Below are positions 1-10,398 of a DNA stretch of 64,000 bases, one piece after another. Each line of letters opens with the position of its first letter. Position 1 is the first letter of the stretch. The notes below the pieces were generated by a model. That model worked only from the letters and a program-made list of their open reading frames with translations. It was not told the origin of the DNA and did not search any database. The translations under genes were made by a program, and so were the position numbers. The stretch comes from an uncultured Bacteroidota bacterium. GTDB lineage: Bacteria; CLD3; SB21. The DNA lies in assembly GCA_964478735.1 (NCBI GenBank), contig CAYZJB010000001.1, positions 5,296 through 69,295 of the forward strand, given 5' to 3'.

Positions 1-408
1 TTTTGCGCTGGGTCGCCTGCTCACGTCGTCCCCGCCAATAGCAGGATGCCCGTCAATCGACCGGTCTGCTCAAGTTCATGCAGAATAGGCCATTTGTGAA
101 GTCTACATTCGTCAATCGGTTATGACGCGATGTTCACGAGGTGAAGCGCGTCGAGTCGATATCCGTCACGGCACAGCAATGGCCAGTAGCTTTTTTTCGC
201 CTTTGGCATTGAACCCATGACCACGAGTACGCACAAGGGTTCATCAACGTCACCAGCCTTGGGGTAAATCCCATCCAGAGGTAGAGGTATTGTGCTCTTA
301 AGGGACGTTTTCGCCAAGTCTTGTAGTCGTTCTCCCATTCTTCTTTCATGCGAAGAATCGAGGCAGGCGATAACGGAGCGCCTTCGCCAAAGACGGCTAT
401 GTCAAGGC

Positions 409-1284
409 TCACGCATATTCCCCAGGCCAGGGAACGGCGCCAATGCGGGTCAGTCGAAAGAGTTTTAGAAAATATATGGCTACCCATCCGCTGATGATGC
501 CCGCGACAGCAAGAAAAAAGAAGTCCTTCAACGTAATCGTTGCGAGGGGCGGTTCCGTCAACAGCGGACGATTGCCGACAAATAGCCGTGCCGTTGCCGT
601 GGCCATCACCGAAGAAACGACAACGGGGACGAACGATTTCAAATTCAACCGGCCAAGAATCACTTCGACGGCAAACACGATTCCTCCGAGCGGCGCATTG
701 AAGATTCCACCGATCGCCGCCGCCGAACCCGCCGCACACAGGAGACGCAACTGGCCGGTGCGTAACTTCAGCATTTGTCCGATGCCGCTTCCGAGTGAAG
801 CGCCGAGCAGGACCGTCGGCGCTTCTCGCCCTGCCCTGCCGCCCGAACTGATGGACAATGCCGCCGTCAACATCGTTTTTAACGACAGCACCATCGACAT
901 CCGCCCGTCGCGTTGATGAATGGCCTGAGCGACCGACGGAATACCTTCGCCGCCGTATTCGCGAAACACGGAGCGGTTGAGGACGCCGACGGCAAGACCG
1001 CCGAGGCCCGCGATCAAGGGAAAAGCGAAAAAACGAATGATCGGGATGTGTGTGGTCGCCTCGAAGAGATGATGGAAAAACGACTGGAACAGAATCATGA
1101 TCCAGTGGAAGAGGGAAATCACGCCGCCGATGGTGATTCCGATAATGACGGCGGACAGGAGGAAACCGGCGTCCGTGTGACACTGCATAAAAAAGATTTC
1201 CGCGAGATGGATCAACTTCTGACTGGCCGATTCCAGCCAGCGCTGAAGACGCTTCACGCCGTCGGTAAATCCGTTCTGTTGCAT
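409..1284 (-). pseudogene. ClC-family chloride/fluoride channel, N-terminal ~290 aa only; the C-terminal half is absent
   Basis: GGEGIP (GSGIP-like), GREAP (GREGP-like) and GIFNAPLGGIVFAVE motifs align to E. coli ClC-ec1 residues ~100-290. The ORF stops at 409. No frame in 1..408 on either strand continues ClC helices J-R. Confidence 0.6.
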
Positions 1285-1412
1285 TTTAATGTATAAGAGG
1301 AATTGAGTGGAAATGCAACCGACAGGTGCCGGCGGACAAAAATTGTCGGATTGAATTTAATCAATGGCCGTGACGCTTGGAACTTTGTAGTCGATTCCAT
1401 AGATTGCCCGTC

Positions 1413-2348
1413 ATGCGAATGTCGATTTTTTGGATCGTGATGTTCATTTGTACGTCCGTGCGGGCGCAGGAACCGTCGGTCGACGTTAAATTAAATCGCG
1501 ACACGATGGAAATTGGCCAGCAGATCGAGTATGCGATCTCCGTTCGCCATCGTCCTCAGGAATCGATCATCGGTGATCCGTTCGTCGATTTTCATGATTT
1601 CGAAGTCGTACAGATTCGCAAATACGAACCGGAAAAGACGGGCGCCGACTGGGTCGACCGGTGGCAGTACACGTTGACCACGTTTCGTATCGATACGTTC
1701 GATATCCCGTCGCCGAAAGTCGCGCTGACGGACGGGCGCGACACGTCGATCGTCGAGGGCATCGCAAAACGCCTGATCGTTGTCAGTGTGCTGGACACGT
1801 CGATCAAGGATATTCAGCCGGAAAAGCCGCTTTTTGCCGGCGAGATCAACTGGTGGCTGCTGGCCGTTTATCTTCTGTTGATCCTGGTCGGCACGGCGGG
1901 ACTGATTTATCTTTTATACCGGCTCTGGCAGCGAAGGAAGCAGCGGCAACTCGCCGCACCCGCCGTTCCCGTCGTCATTCGCCGTCCGGAAGAGATTGCG
2001 CTGGAGGAACTCGAAAAAATAAAATCGAAACGTCTGGTCGACAAAGGTGAGTATAAATTATTTCACACCGAAGTGTCCAACGTCGTGCGTACGTACATCG
2101 AAAATAAATTCCACATGCAGGCGATGGAAATGCCGACATCGGAACTCATGCGCCATTTCCAGCGGCATGACCGGCTCGATTCAACTCACCTCTCGACGCT
2201 GAGGGCCCTGCTGGAAGTCGCCGATCTCGTCAAATTTGCCAAATACAAACCGTCGTCGGCCGAATGTGCCGACGTGATGGAACGCGCCGAACAGTTCATC
2301 ATCAAGTCGAGTTCGCCCGCACCCGAAACCGTCGAAGCGCCGTCATGA
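1413..2348 (+). CDS. hypothetical single-pass membrane protein (signal peptide, ~150 aa extracytoplasmic domain, TM helix, helical cytoplasmic tail); BatD/DUF4381-like
   Basis: Signal peptide MRMSIFWIVMFICTSVRAQE; TM helix WWLLAVYLLLILVGTAGLIYLLY followed by RRKQRQ. Stop overlaps the nadK start (ATGA). Confidence 0.5.
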   Translation: MRMSIFWIVMFICTSVRAQEPSVDVKLNRDTMEIGQQIEYAISVRHRPQESIIGDPFVDFHDFEVVQIRKYEPEKTGADWVDRWQYTLTTFRIDTFDIPSPKVALTDGRDTSIVEGIAKRLIVVSVLDTSIKDIQPEKPLFAGEINWWLLAVYLLLILVGTAGLIYLLYRLWQRRKQRQLAAPAVPVVIRRPEEIALEELEKIKSKRLVDKGEYKLFHTEVSNVVRTYIENKFHMQAMEMPTSELMRHFQRHDRLDSTHLSTLRALLEVADLVKFAKYKPSSAECADVMERAEQFIIKSSSPAPETVEAPS

Positions 2349-3202
2349 GACTCGGCATCGTCATCAACCGCGACAAGGCGCGAGCCGCCGAAAGCGTGAT
2401 AGAACTGTGCAACGCCCTGGATCGGCGCGGAATCGAAGTGTGTATCAACCGGGATGCGGCAACGCTCATCAAAGGTTCATGTCCGGCCCGGCCCGTTGAA
2501 ATGGACGTGCTGGGACGCGACTGCGATTTCATTTTATCGTTTGGTGGCGATGGGACGCTGCTCGCGGCCGCAAGGGCGGTTGGAAGTTACGGCAAACCCA
2601 TTCTGGGTGTGAACATCGGAAAATTGGGGTTCCTCACTGCGGTCGAGACGGGCGATCTGCTGCACGCCGTCGAACGGCTGATCGGCGGCGATTACCGGAC
2701 GGAGTCCCGGCTGGTGCTGCACGCACAACTTGAAGGCCACGCTCCGATTTTCGCGCTCAACGATCTCGTGGTCATTCGCAGCGATGCCGCCCGAATGATA
2801 CGCATTCGCGTCGATATTGACGGGACTTTCCTCAACCGTTATACGGCGGACGGCCTGATCGTGGCGACGCCCACGGGTTCGACGGCGTACTCACTTTCCG
2901 CCAACGGTCCGATCCTGACGCCGTCCATGGATGCTCTCGTGATCAATCCGATCTGTCCGCACACCCTGACGATGCGTCCGATTGTCGTCGGCGGTACCCA
3001 GGAAATTCGTTTGCATCTGGAGGACGATTACACGGCGTTCTTGACGTCCGACGGGCAGGAAGAACAACGGTTGACCGGCGGCGAAATCATCACGATCCGC
3101 AAGGCCGCTCATACGATTCAACTCGTGCGATTTCCCGAAAAAGATTTTTTCGATATTCTACGCGGAAAACTTCACTGGGGGGAAGACGCGCGAACGTCCT
3201 GA
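2345..3202 (+). CDS. nadK: NAD kinase
   Basis: GGDGTLL motif and NIGKLGFL motif. ATG overlaps the upstream stop. Confidence 0.88.
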   Translation: MRLGIVINRDKARAAESVIELCNALDRRGIEVCINRDAATLIKGSCPARPVEMDVLGRDCDFILSFGGDGTLLAAARAVGSYGKPILGVNIGKLGFLTAVETGDLLHAVERLIGGDYRTESRLVLHAQLEGHAPIFALNDLVVIRSDAARMIRIRVDIDGTFLNRYTADGLIVATPTGSTAYSLSANGPILTPSMDALVINPICPHTLTMRPIVVGGTQEIRLHLEDDYTAFLTSDGQEEQRLTGGEIITIRKAAHTIQLVRFPEKDFFDILRGKLHWGEDARTS

Positions 3203-4137
3203 ACGTTCCGCGTCACGTGCCACAAACCGATTCCACCGGCGATAAAAAGAACGGCGCCCGCGACGAGAACCGGCGGTTCGATCGATGCGCGTGAACCGTA
3301 CCATGCCGTCACGGATTCATCGAGGTTATTGGAGACGAGTACGATCCCGTTGTTCATGGCGTGGATCACAATCGTCGGAATCACGCTTCCGGTGCGCCAT
3401 GCGACCGCACCCAGGACGACCGCGATCATGAGAATTTGGATTCCACCCCATGGATTGAAATGGATCATGGCAAAGACCACACTAGACAGGGCGATGGCAA
3501 CTCCGGCCCGCATGCGCGATTCCAGGGCCTGCTGAAAAACGCCGCGAATGAGCGTCTCTTCGCATAGGGCGGCGGCGCCCACGGCGGCCAGCACAAGCAG
3601 CAGGCCGCTCCACCAGTCGTGAATCTTCATTTCCGCGGAAAGTTTTTCGAGAATATTCTCCGACAGCAATTCCGGCGACAGGACGCCGATCGTTCGGTCG
3701 AGGAACGCATTGATCGACGGAGAAATCAGCTTGTCGAGCGCGTCGGTCATGACGATCAGTCCGATGCACAGGACGATCGTCGTTGCGATCACGATCCACG
3801 AAACGCCTTTCCAGCGCACAACGACCTGGATGTTTTTTTTCTGCATGCGCGAGTACAGCAGCGTCGGTACGATGAAAAGCGTCGTGCCAATCAGCAGGCC
3901 GAGTTTGGACAGGCTGCTGATGCCGCTGCCTGCGGCCGCTAGTCCGTAGTGGACGAACGAAAAAATCATGGCGACGGTAAAGCCCGCTCCGACGCCGGCA
4001 ATCAGCAAGACGGTGGCGGCACCTGGGGAAAACGGGGTTTCGCGTGTCGTGTCATTCATGGCGGCCAAGGTAGACGCCGGGGCGATGCCAGTCAAGGAAA
4101 ACGATTTGGATGTCTGCATTTGTCTGTTAACTTTCAC
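3172..4137 (-). CDS. CPBP family intramembrane metalloprotease (CAAX protease/Abi)
   Basis: EETLIRGVF, FAMIHF and HAMNN motifs; multiple TM helices. The start codon may be an internal Met. Confidence 0.75.
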   Translation of the reverse strand: MKVNRQMQTSKSFSLTGIAPASTLAAMNDTTRETPFSPGAATVLLIAGVGAGFTVAMIFSFVHYGLAAAGSGISSLSKLGLLIGTTLFIVPTLLYSRMQKKNIQVVVRWKGVSWIVIATTIVLCIGLIVMTDALDKLISPSINAFLDRTIGVLSPELLSENILEKLSAEMKIHDWWSGLLLVLAAVGAAALCEETLIRGVFQQALESRMRAGVAIALSSVVFAMIHFNPWGGIQILMIAVVLGAVAWRTGSVIPTIVIHAMNNGIVLVSNNLDESVTAWYGSRASIEPPVLVAGAVLFIAGGIGLWHVTRNVQDVRASSPQ

Positions 4138-4142
4138 GCCCG

Positions 4143-5210
4143 ATGGTGTACCGATTTTTGATTCGTCCGGTCTTGTTCCGGTTCGATCCCGAAGACGTTC
4201 ACGACTGGGTGAGCGAGCGTCTGATTTCCCACGCCGGTATGGTGACGCGGTGCCGCCGCTTTTTTTGTTACGAACACCACGCGCTGCATCAAAAAATATG
4301 GGGTATAGAATTTCCCAATCCCGTGGGACTGGCGGCGGGGTTCGATAAATTGGCGCGCGGCGTTCGGCTCTGGCCGGATCTCGGGTTCGGTTTCGCGGAA
4401 ATCGGGACGGTGACGGCCGTCGCCCAGGACGGCAATCCGAAACCGCGGCTTTTCCGATTGCTATCCGATCGAGCGTTGATCAACCGGTTCGGCTTCAACA
4501 ATTCCGGCGCCGAGGCGACGGCGGCCGTGCTGAACCGTCAGATGAAAACGGGTATAAAAATTCCGATCGGCATCAACATCGGTAAATCGAAAATCACGGA
4601 CCTCGACAAAGCGGCCGACGATTACGCCGCGTCGTTTTCCCGGCTCTGGCCGTTTGCCGATTATTTCGTCGTCAACGTCAGCTCTCCCAACACGCCCAAC
4701 CTGCGCCAACTGCAAGACCGGCCGCGGTTGACTGAAATCCTGTCGCGATTGACCGAAGCGAACAGGTCCGGAGGGAAACCGGTCCTGTTGAAGATCGCGC
4801 CCGATCTGTCGTGGAGCCAGATCGACGACGTCGTGTCGGTCGTGAACGAATTCGAACTGACCGGCGTGGTGGCGACCAATACGACGGTGGACCGAACCGG
4901 GTTACGTTCGCGCCTGTCCGGTGAAGCCGGCGGTCTCAGCGGGGCGCCGCTTCGTCAGCGTGCGACGGACATTATCCGGTACCTCTATCGCGCGCTCGAC
5001 CGCAATGTTGTGATCATCGGCGTGGGAGGTATTTTCAATTCAGCCGATGCATACGAAAAAATTCTCGCGGGCGCGTCGCTCGTTCAAATCTACACCGGTT
5101 TCGTGTACGAAGGTCCTTCCATTTGCCGATCGATCAACAAGGGGTTGGTGAAACGGCTGCGGGCCGACGGTTTTTCCAATCTTCGGGACGCGGTCGGCCA
5201 AAAAACCTGA
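4143..5210 (+). CDS. pyrD: dihydroorotate dehydrogenase (quinone), class 2
   Basis: N-terminal membrane-association helix; FPNPVGLAAGFDK and GFGFAEIGTVT motifs. Confidence 0.9.
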   Translation: MVYRFLIRPVLFRFDPEDVHDWVSERLISHAGMVTRCRRFFCYEHHALHQKIWGIEFPNPVGLAAGFDKLARGVRLWPDLGFGFAEIGTVTAVAQDGNPKPRLFRLLSDRALINRFGFNNSGAEATAAVLNRQMKTGIKIPIGINIGKSKITDLDKAADDYAASFSRLWPFADYFVVNVSSPNTPNLRQLQDRPRLTEILSRLTEANRSGGKPVLLKIAPDLSWSQIDDVVSVVNEFELTGVVATNTTVDRTGLRSRLSGEAGGLSGAPLRQRATDIIRYLYRALDRNVVIIGVGGIFNSADAYEKILAGASLVQIYTGFVYEGPSICRSINKGLVKRLRADGFSNLRDAVGQKT

Positions 5211-5318
5211 TCGGGATTGCCTTCGATATCGCTTCCGACGGCCTTCGGCAGTCATTTACCCTTTGAAATCCAATTGCATTTTAAGTAAGTTCATGTCCCA
5301 CTACCTTGCTCGGAAAGT

Positions 5319-8300
5319 ATGAAGTTTGTCAAGATCCTGCGCTGGCTGCTGAAGTTTTTTCTCATCACCGGCATTTCCCTGATCGCGCTGTTTGCCCTCG
5401 TCCTGATCGCACTCCAGACGCCTCCCGCCAAATCGTTGATCAAATCGATCGTCGTCGACCGTGTCAACGAACAGTTAAACGCACGGCTGACGATCGACGA
5501 ACTCGACGGCAACTTCCTGTCGTCGATCGACATTCGCGGCGTCCGGCTCGCGTTCGATGACACGACTCTCGTGTCGCTGGGTTCGATCTCGATCCGTTTT
5601 GACGCACTCGCGGCGCTGGATCGCCGTATTCATATCGAGTCCGTGCACATCGATCGGCCGTATGCCAATGTCCATGTCGATACGGCCGGCGTTCTGAACC
5701 TCAGTCGTATCGCTAAACCGTCGCTGCCCAAACCGCCGGAACCCATCGATTCGACGGCAGAACCGCTCGGAGGATTTGCGCTGGAACTGGACGATTTTGT
5801 CATCGACAGCGGACGGGTGGACGTCCGAACGCCGGGATTCAACGCCCGTATCGAGCGATTTGGAATGGAGTTGAACGCGGATGCCAATGCGGAATTTCAG
5901 AATGTCGCGCTTACGCATTTCGGGTTTGAGATCATTCGCGCGGTCGGAGACTCGTCCGATACGCTGCGGCTGAAAAACTTTTCGGTCATCGCGGGAGCGC
6001 ATGCCTTGCCCCGGTCACCGGCTTACCGCGCAAGGCATCCGGAAGAAAAGGACAGTTTGTGGATCAAACTGGACGAACTGCACCTGCAGACGGATCGAAC
6101 GGACCTGCGCATGCGCGCCGACGTTGCCCTGCCCGACAGTGCTGCCGGTCGATCCCTCGGATACGCGATGAACATCGCCGCTTCACCGATCCACCTCGGA
6201 GAAGTGCGTCGCGTCGTGCCGTTCGGCCTGTCGGCTTTGCGACGGATCGATTTTGAAACGGACATCCGTGGGGACGACAACAGCGTATTTCTTTCGAACC
6301 TGCGGGTCAAAACCGATGCGGGCTCGATCCGGGGTTATGCCGGAATCGATTTCGCCGACGGACCGCTCGGCTATCGTACCGAACTGAATTTTTCCAACGT
6401 CCAGGTCGGCGCTTTCCTGGATCGCCCGGATTTCAACGCCGTCCTCAACGGGCGTTTTTTTGCCGACGGCATCGGAACGAATCCCGACTCCCTGCAGTCC
6501 GACGTTTCGCTCAGCCTGGCGCACTCGACGTTTTTCGGCATCGTCATCGATACGTTCGACATCCGCTCCTATGTCCGCGACGGGATTGCCCACCTGACGC
6601 GCTTCGAGGGCCGAACCAGCGCGGGCGACTGGGATTGCGACGGCTTTTACCGGTTGCGGTCCGAAGAATACCATCTCGTCACGGATTTTCGGGGCATGAA
6701 CGTGGCCGACTTCACGCTCAATCCCGCGCTGAAAAGTTCGATCAATTTGAAACTCGTCGTCGACGGTCAGGGATTGAACCCGCAGACGTCGACCACCCGG
6801 CTGTCGCTGGTATCGGAGTCGTCGACGATCTTCGACCGTACAATCGATAACGTCAGCATCCTGGGATCCAAACAACGGGACCGTATCGTCCTTGAGGATT
6901 TCCGGATCGAGACGCCCGTCGTCGATCTCAATGTCGCCGGTTCCATCGGCCTGGATTCCACCGTCGACATGCATTATGCCGTCAAAACCCGCGACGTCGG
7001 TCTGCTCAAAAAATATACGGGACTGGATTCGCTCCTTCGTGACACCATCAATTTTGAAATGGAGTACAAGGGCGGTGTACGGGGGAGTTACCGTCAACTC
7101 GAAACATCGGGTGAATTGCGTCTTTCCCATTTTATTTTCGGCGATTTCAAAATCGATTCGGTTTTTTTCAGTTATTTCGTCGCCAACATTCTACCGGGCG
7201 AATTGAGCAAGGCGGTCGATTTTCGCTCCATCGACGAAACGATTTACGGCGACGTTTTCATTTACACGCGTACGGTCGACGCCGGTGGCACGACCCTTCG
7301 CGATTTTACGACGTCACTGACCAAGGAACGGCGCAAAACGTTGTTTGAAGTCAGCGGGTACCAGGATCAGACGGACGCGTACGCAAGCCTCAAGGGCAAT
7401 CTCGTCATGCAGGACGAGAACCGGGGGGAACTGCAGCTGGATAATCTGTATCTTCGCATCGCGGGCCGCACGCTCCGAACGCGTGAAGTGAAACTCAACC
7501 TCGGCGGCGAGCCCGTCATCGATTCGACGTACGAGCGATGGAGCGAAGTCTGGGAAAATAGCCGGCCGGTTCAGCTTGCGTTTGACCTGCTTCATCAGCG
7601 ATACGACATCAAACAATTTTCGATGAACATCGGGTCGGGCGTGATGTCCGTGTTCGGCACGATCGACGTCAAGGGGGATCAGAATCTCGACGTCAAAATC
7701 AAAGACCTCAATCTAGCGCGCGCCAACTCGGTCATCGGGTCGGGCGAATCGGTGGTCGAGGGGATCCTCAATCTGAACGCGAGCCTGAAAGGCAACTTTG
7801 AAAAACCGATCATTCTCGCGGACTGGAACATTACGGACGGCAAAGCCACGCAGTTTACGTACGTCAATTTTCTCGGCAACGTTCAATATCTTAACCGCAA
7901 ACTTCAGATGAACATGTCGCTCAATCAGAATGCAGACAAAACGCTGACGATGAGCGGATACCTGCCGATCGACCTGTCCTTCAAGGACGTACCGGATCGA
8001 TTTCCCAACCGTCCGATCAATCTCATCGTTCACTCCGAAGGGATCGATCTGCGGTTTTTGCAGGCGTTTTTCGGAAGAGTGCTGACGCTTCAACGGGGAG
8101 AATTGAAAGTCGATCTGAAGGTCACGGGTAAAAGGGAAACGCCGAAACTCGAAGGAGAATTGAAAATTGAAGACGGGACCGTGACGTTTCCGAAAAGTAC
8201 GCTCGGCCAGACGTTTCGGAACGCGCGTGTTTTTGTCAAACTGACGCCCGAGACGATCTTTGTCGACACCGTTTATCTGCAATCGGGGCGTGACGCGCGG

Positions 8301-9455
8301 TCCAATCTCAAAGCGCGGGCGAAAATCAATCTGGCCGACCTGATGAAAAATTTCGACGTCTCCCGTCTCGATCAGATTTCCTACGACGCCTCGATCGCGT
8401 TCAACGACTTTCAGCCCGTCAATACGAAATCGGAGACGGCGTATCTGCATTCCGCACACCTGACCGGTGACATGCAGGTGTCGGCGTCCTCGTTGTCATT
8501 TCCCGTGGTCAAAGGCGATCTGCAGATCCGCAATTCCGAGATCTGGGTCGTCGATCCGACGAAGGCCAAGGTCGTCACGACCGTTGCTTCGGGTAAGGGC
8601 AGCGCCGTGCAGGATGCCACGGCCGTCAACTATTATCGCAACCTCGATCTCGACGTCTCGATCAGTCTTCCGGATAACACCGAAAATGCGGTCAAGTCGG
8701 CGGAAATGATTTTGTATCTGCTCGGCGACATCCAGGTTGTGAAGCCCTCCGGCAGCGATGATTTTTTCATCTCCGGAAACGTCAGTACCAAACCCGGCGG
8801 GAAATACGCCTACCTCAACGCGGCGTTTACGGTCGAAAAAGGCGACGTTATTTTTGCCGGTGAACCGGGCGTGAATCCGGAGTTGGACATCCTGGCGATC
8901 AAAAAATTCACCTACACGGACGAAGACAAACAGGCGATACCGGCCACGGCGCAGATCCGCGTGACCGGCAAGCTGCTCAAGCCGGAAATTGCCATCACGG
9001 CCGTGCAGCGCGGTACTGACGATCCGATCGACGGATTGACGGAACCCGCGGACATCATTTCCTACATCGTGCTGGGCGTCAAGACGAGCGACCTGGCCAA
9101 AATCGGAGGACAGGCCGGCGACTTCGCCAAGGACGTCGCGATCAATCAGATCCTCAATGCCGTCGCGCGTCAGGGCGGATTTCAGAAACTCGAATACCAG
9201 TCGGGCGGTGACGGCCAGTCCGCCACGATCGCCGTGTCGAAGCAGATTTCCGAAACGGTCTCCGTTTCATTCGAAGGCGGGCTCGATGCCAATTCCGCGC
9301 AAAATCTGACGTTGGAAATAGCCGCCGACTCGCTGGTTCCGGTTTTCCGATCTTGGAAGAAAACGATCGAATTCGAGTTTAAAAAACCGGGCCAGGACGC
9401 GACAAGCGATAAAGATATCATCAACGTGATTTTTTATTTGCGGAAAGAATACTGA
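5319..9455 (+). CDS. tamB: translocation and assembly module protein TamB (AsmA family, C-terminal DUF490)
   Basis: 1378 aa. N-terminal TM anchor MKFVKILRWLLKFFLITGISLIALFALVLIAL; long beta-rich repeat body typical of TamB. Confidence 0.8.
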   Translation: MKFVKILRWLLKFFLITGISLIALFALVLIALQTPPAKSLIKSIVVDRVNEQLNARLTIDELDGNFLSSIDIRGVRLAFDDTTLVSLGSISIRFDALAALDRRIHIESVHIDRPYANVHVDTAGVLNLSRIAKPSLPKPPEPIDSTAEPLGGFALELDDFVIDSGRVDVRTPGFNARIERFGMELNADANAEFQNVALTHFGFEIIRAVGDSSDTLRLKNFSVIAGAHALPRSPAYRARHPEEKDSLWIKLDELHLQTDRTDLRMRADVALPDSAAGRSLGYAMNIAASPIHLGEVRRVVPFGLSALRRIDFETDIRGDDNSVFLSNLRVKTDAGSIRGYAGIDFADGPLGYRTELNFSNVQVGAFLDRPDFNAVLNGRFFADGIGTNPDSLQSDVSLSLAHSTFFGIVIDTFDIRSYVRDGIAHLTRFEGRTSAGDWDCDGFYRLRSEEYHLVTDFRGMNVADFTLNPALKSSINLKLVVDGQGLNPQTSTTRLSLVSESSTIFDRTIDNVSILGSKQRDRIVLEDFRIETPVVDLNVAGSIGLDSTVDMHYAVKTRDVGLLKKYTGLDSLLRDTINFEMEYKGGVRGSYRQLETSGELRLSHFIFGDFKIDSVFFSYFVANILPGELSKAVDFRSIDETIYGDVFIYTRTVDAGGTTLRDFTTSLTKERRKTLFEVSGYQDQTDAYASLKGNLVMQDENRGELQLDNLYLRIAGRTLRTREVKLNLGGEPVIDSTYERWSEVWENSRPVQLAFDLLHQRYDIKQFSMNIGSGVMSVFGTIDVKGDQNLDVKIKDLNLARANSVIGSGESVVEGILNLNASLKGNFEKPIILADWNITDGKATQFTYVNFLGNVQYLNRKLQMNMSLNQNADKTLTMSGYLPIDLSFKDVPDRFPNRPINLIVHSEGIDLRFLQAFFGRVLTLQRGELKVDLKVTGKRETPKLEGELKIEDGTVTFPKSTLGQTFRNARVFVKLTPETIFVDTVYLQSGRDARSNLKARAKINLADLMKNFDVSRLDQISYDASIAFNDFQPVNTKSETAYLHSAHLTGDMQVSASSLSFPVVKGDLQIRNSEIWVVDPTKAKVVTTVASGKGSAVQDATAVNYYRNLDLDVSISLPDNTENAVKSAEMILYLLGDIQVVKPSGSDDFFISGNVSTKPGGKYAYLNAAFTVEKGDVIFAGEPGVNPELDILAIKKFTYTDEDKQAIPATAQIRVTGKLLKPEIAITAVQRGTDDPIDGLTEPADIISYIVLGVKTSDLAKIGGQAGDFAKDVAINQILNAVARQGGFQKLEYQSGGDGQSATIAVSKQISETVSVSFEGGLDANSAQNLTLEIAADSLVPVFRSWKKTIEFEFKKPGQDATSDKDIINVIFYLRKEY

Positions 9456-9458
9456 TTT

Positions 9459-10229
9459 ATGATCGATACCCACGCGCATCTCGATGACGATGCGTTTGTC
9501 GAAGACCGGGAGTCGGTGCTGACCAGAGCCTGGACAGCCGGTGTCGAGGCCGTGGTGAGTATCGGTACCGGCCGGGATAGCAGCCGTAACGTGGTGCGAA
9601 TGGCGGAGGATTACCCGAAAATTTTTGCCGTCGTCGGTGTGCATCCGACAGCGGCGCAGGAACTCGACGATGCGGTGCTCGATGATCTCCGGCAGATGGC
9701 CCGATCTCCCAACGTGGTCGGGATCGGAGAAACGGGGCTCGATTACTACTGGAAGACGTGTCCGCCGGACGTACAGCAGCAGGCGTTCCGGCGTTTGCTC
9801 CGTCTTGCCGTGGAAGTGAATAGACCCGTCGTCATCCATAATCGCGACGCGCACGACGACGTCTTGCGGATTCTCGAAGAAGAAAAAGCGCGGCACGATC
9901 GCCTTTACGGCATCATGCATTGTTTTTCCGGAGATGAATCGCAACTCCGCCGGTCGCTTGCCATCGGATTTTACATTAGCATCGCCGGTAACGTGACGTA
10001 TAAAAAATCAACGTTACCATCCCTGATTCCTCTGATTCCCGACGACCGGATCCTGGCGGAAACCGACTCGCCATACCTGACGCCGGTTCCCCATCGTGGG
10101 AAACGGAACGAGCCGGCGCATATACTCCTGACGGTCACGAAATTGGCGGAATGCCGAAATGTTTCCGTCGACGTCATGTCCCGGTGTGTAGCTGAAAATG
10201 CCAGACGGGTGTACGGTCTGGATATGTGA
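9459..10229 (+). CDS. tatD: TatD family metal-dependent hydrolase/DNase
   Basis: MIDTHAHLDD N-terminus; HNRDAHDD, CFSG and ETDSPYL motifs. Confidence 0.88.
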   Translation: MIDTHAHLDDDAFVEDRESVLTRAWTAGVEAVVSIGTGRDSSRNVVRMAEDYPKIFAVVGVHPTAAQELDDAVLDDLRQMARSPNVVGIGETGLDYYWKTCPPDVQQQAFRRLLRLAVEVNRPVVIHNRDAHDDVLRILEEEKARHDRLYGIMHCFSGDESQLRRSLAIGFYISIAGNVTYKKSTLPSLIPLIPDDRILAETDSPYLTPVPHRGKRNEPAHILLTVTKLAECRNVSVDVMSRCVAENARRVYGLDM

Positions 10230-10398
10230 AAAAAATCGATCCAGTGTGAAAGTGGAATCCGATTTTTGAGCCGTAGGTTGATTGTTAATGCTTGTCTTAG
10301 CTCAGGTGAGCCGTACAGTAAGAATGGCACGATGGTTGTTATAGGATATGTGAATCAGTATTTTTTTATCACGATGAGCAGATAAAAAGGAAGATCAC

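Noticed and set aside
134-1183. 349-aa minus-strand ORF overlapping the ClC gene
   Set aside because: It is an alternative frame of the ClC coding region. The Arg-rich, low-complexity translation is typical of GC-rich off-frame reading.
6183-8459. Two long minus-strand ORFs (315 and 248 aa) inside tamB
   Set aside because: They are antisense to a gene with a clear N-terminal anchor and repeat structure. They show the Arg-rich off-frame signature.
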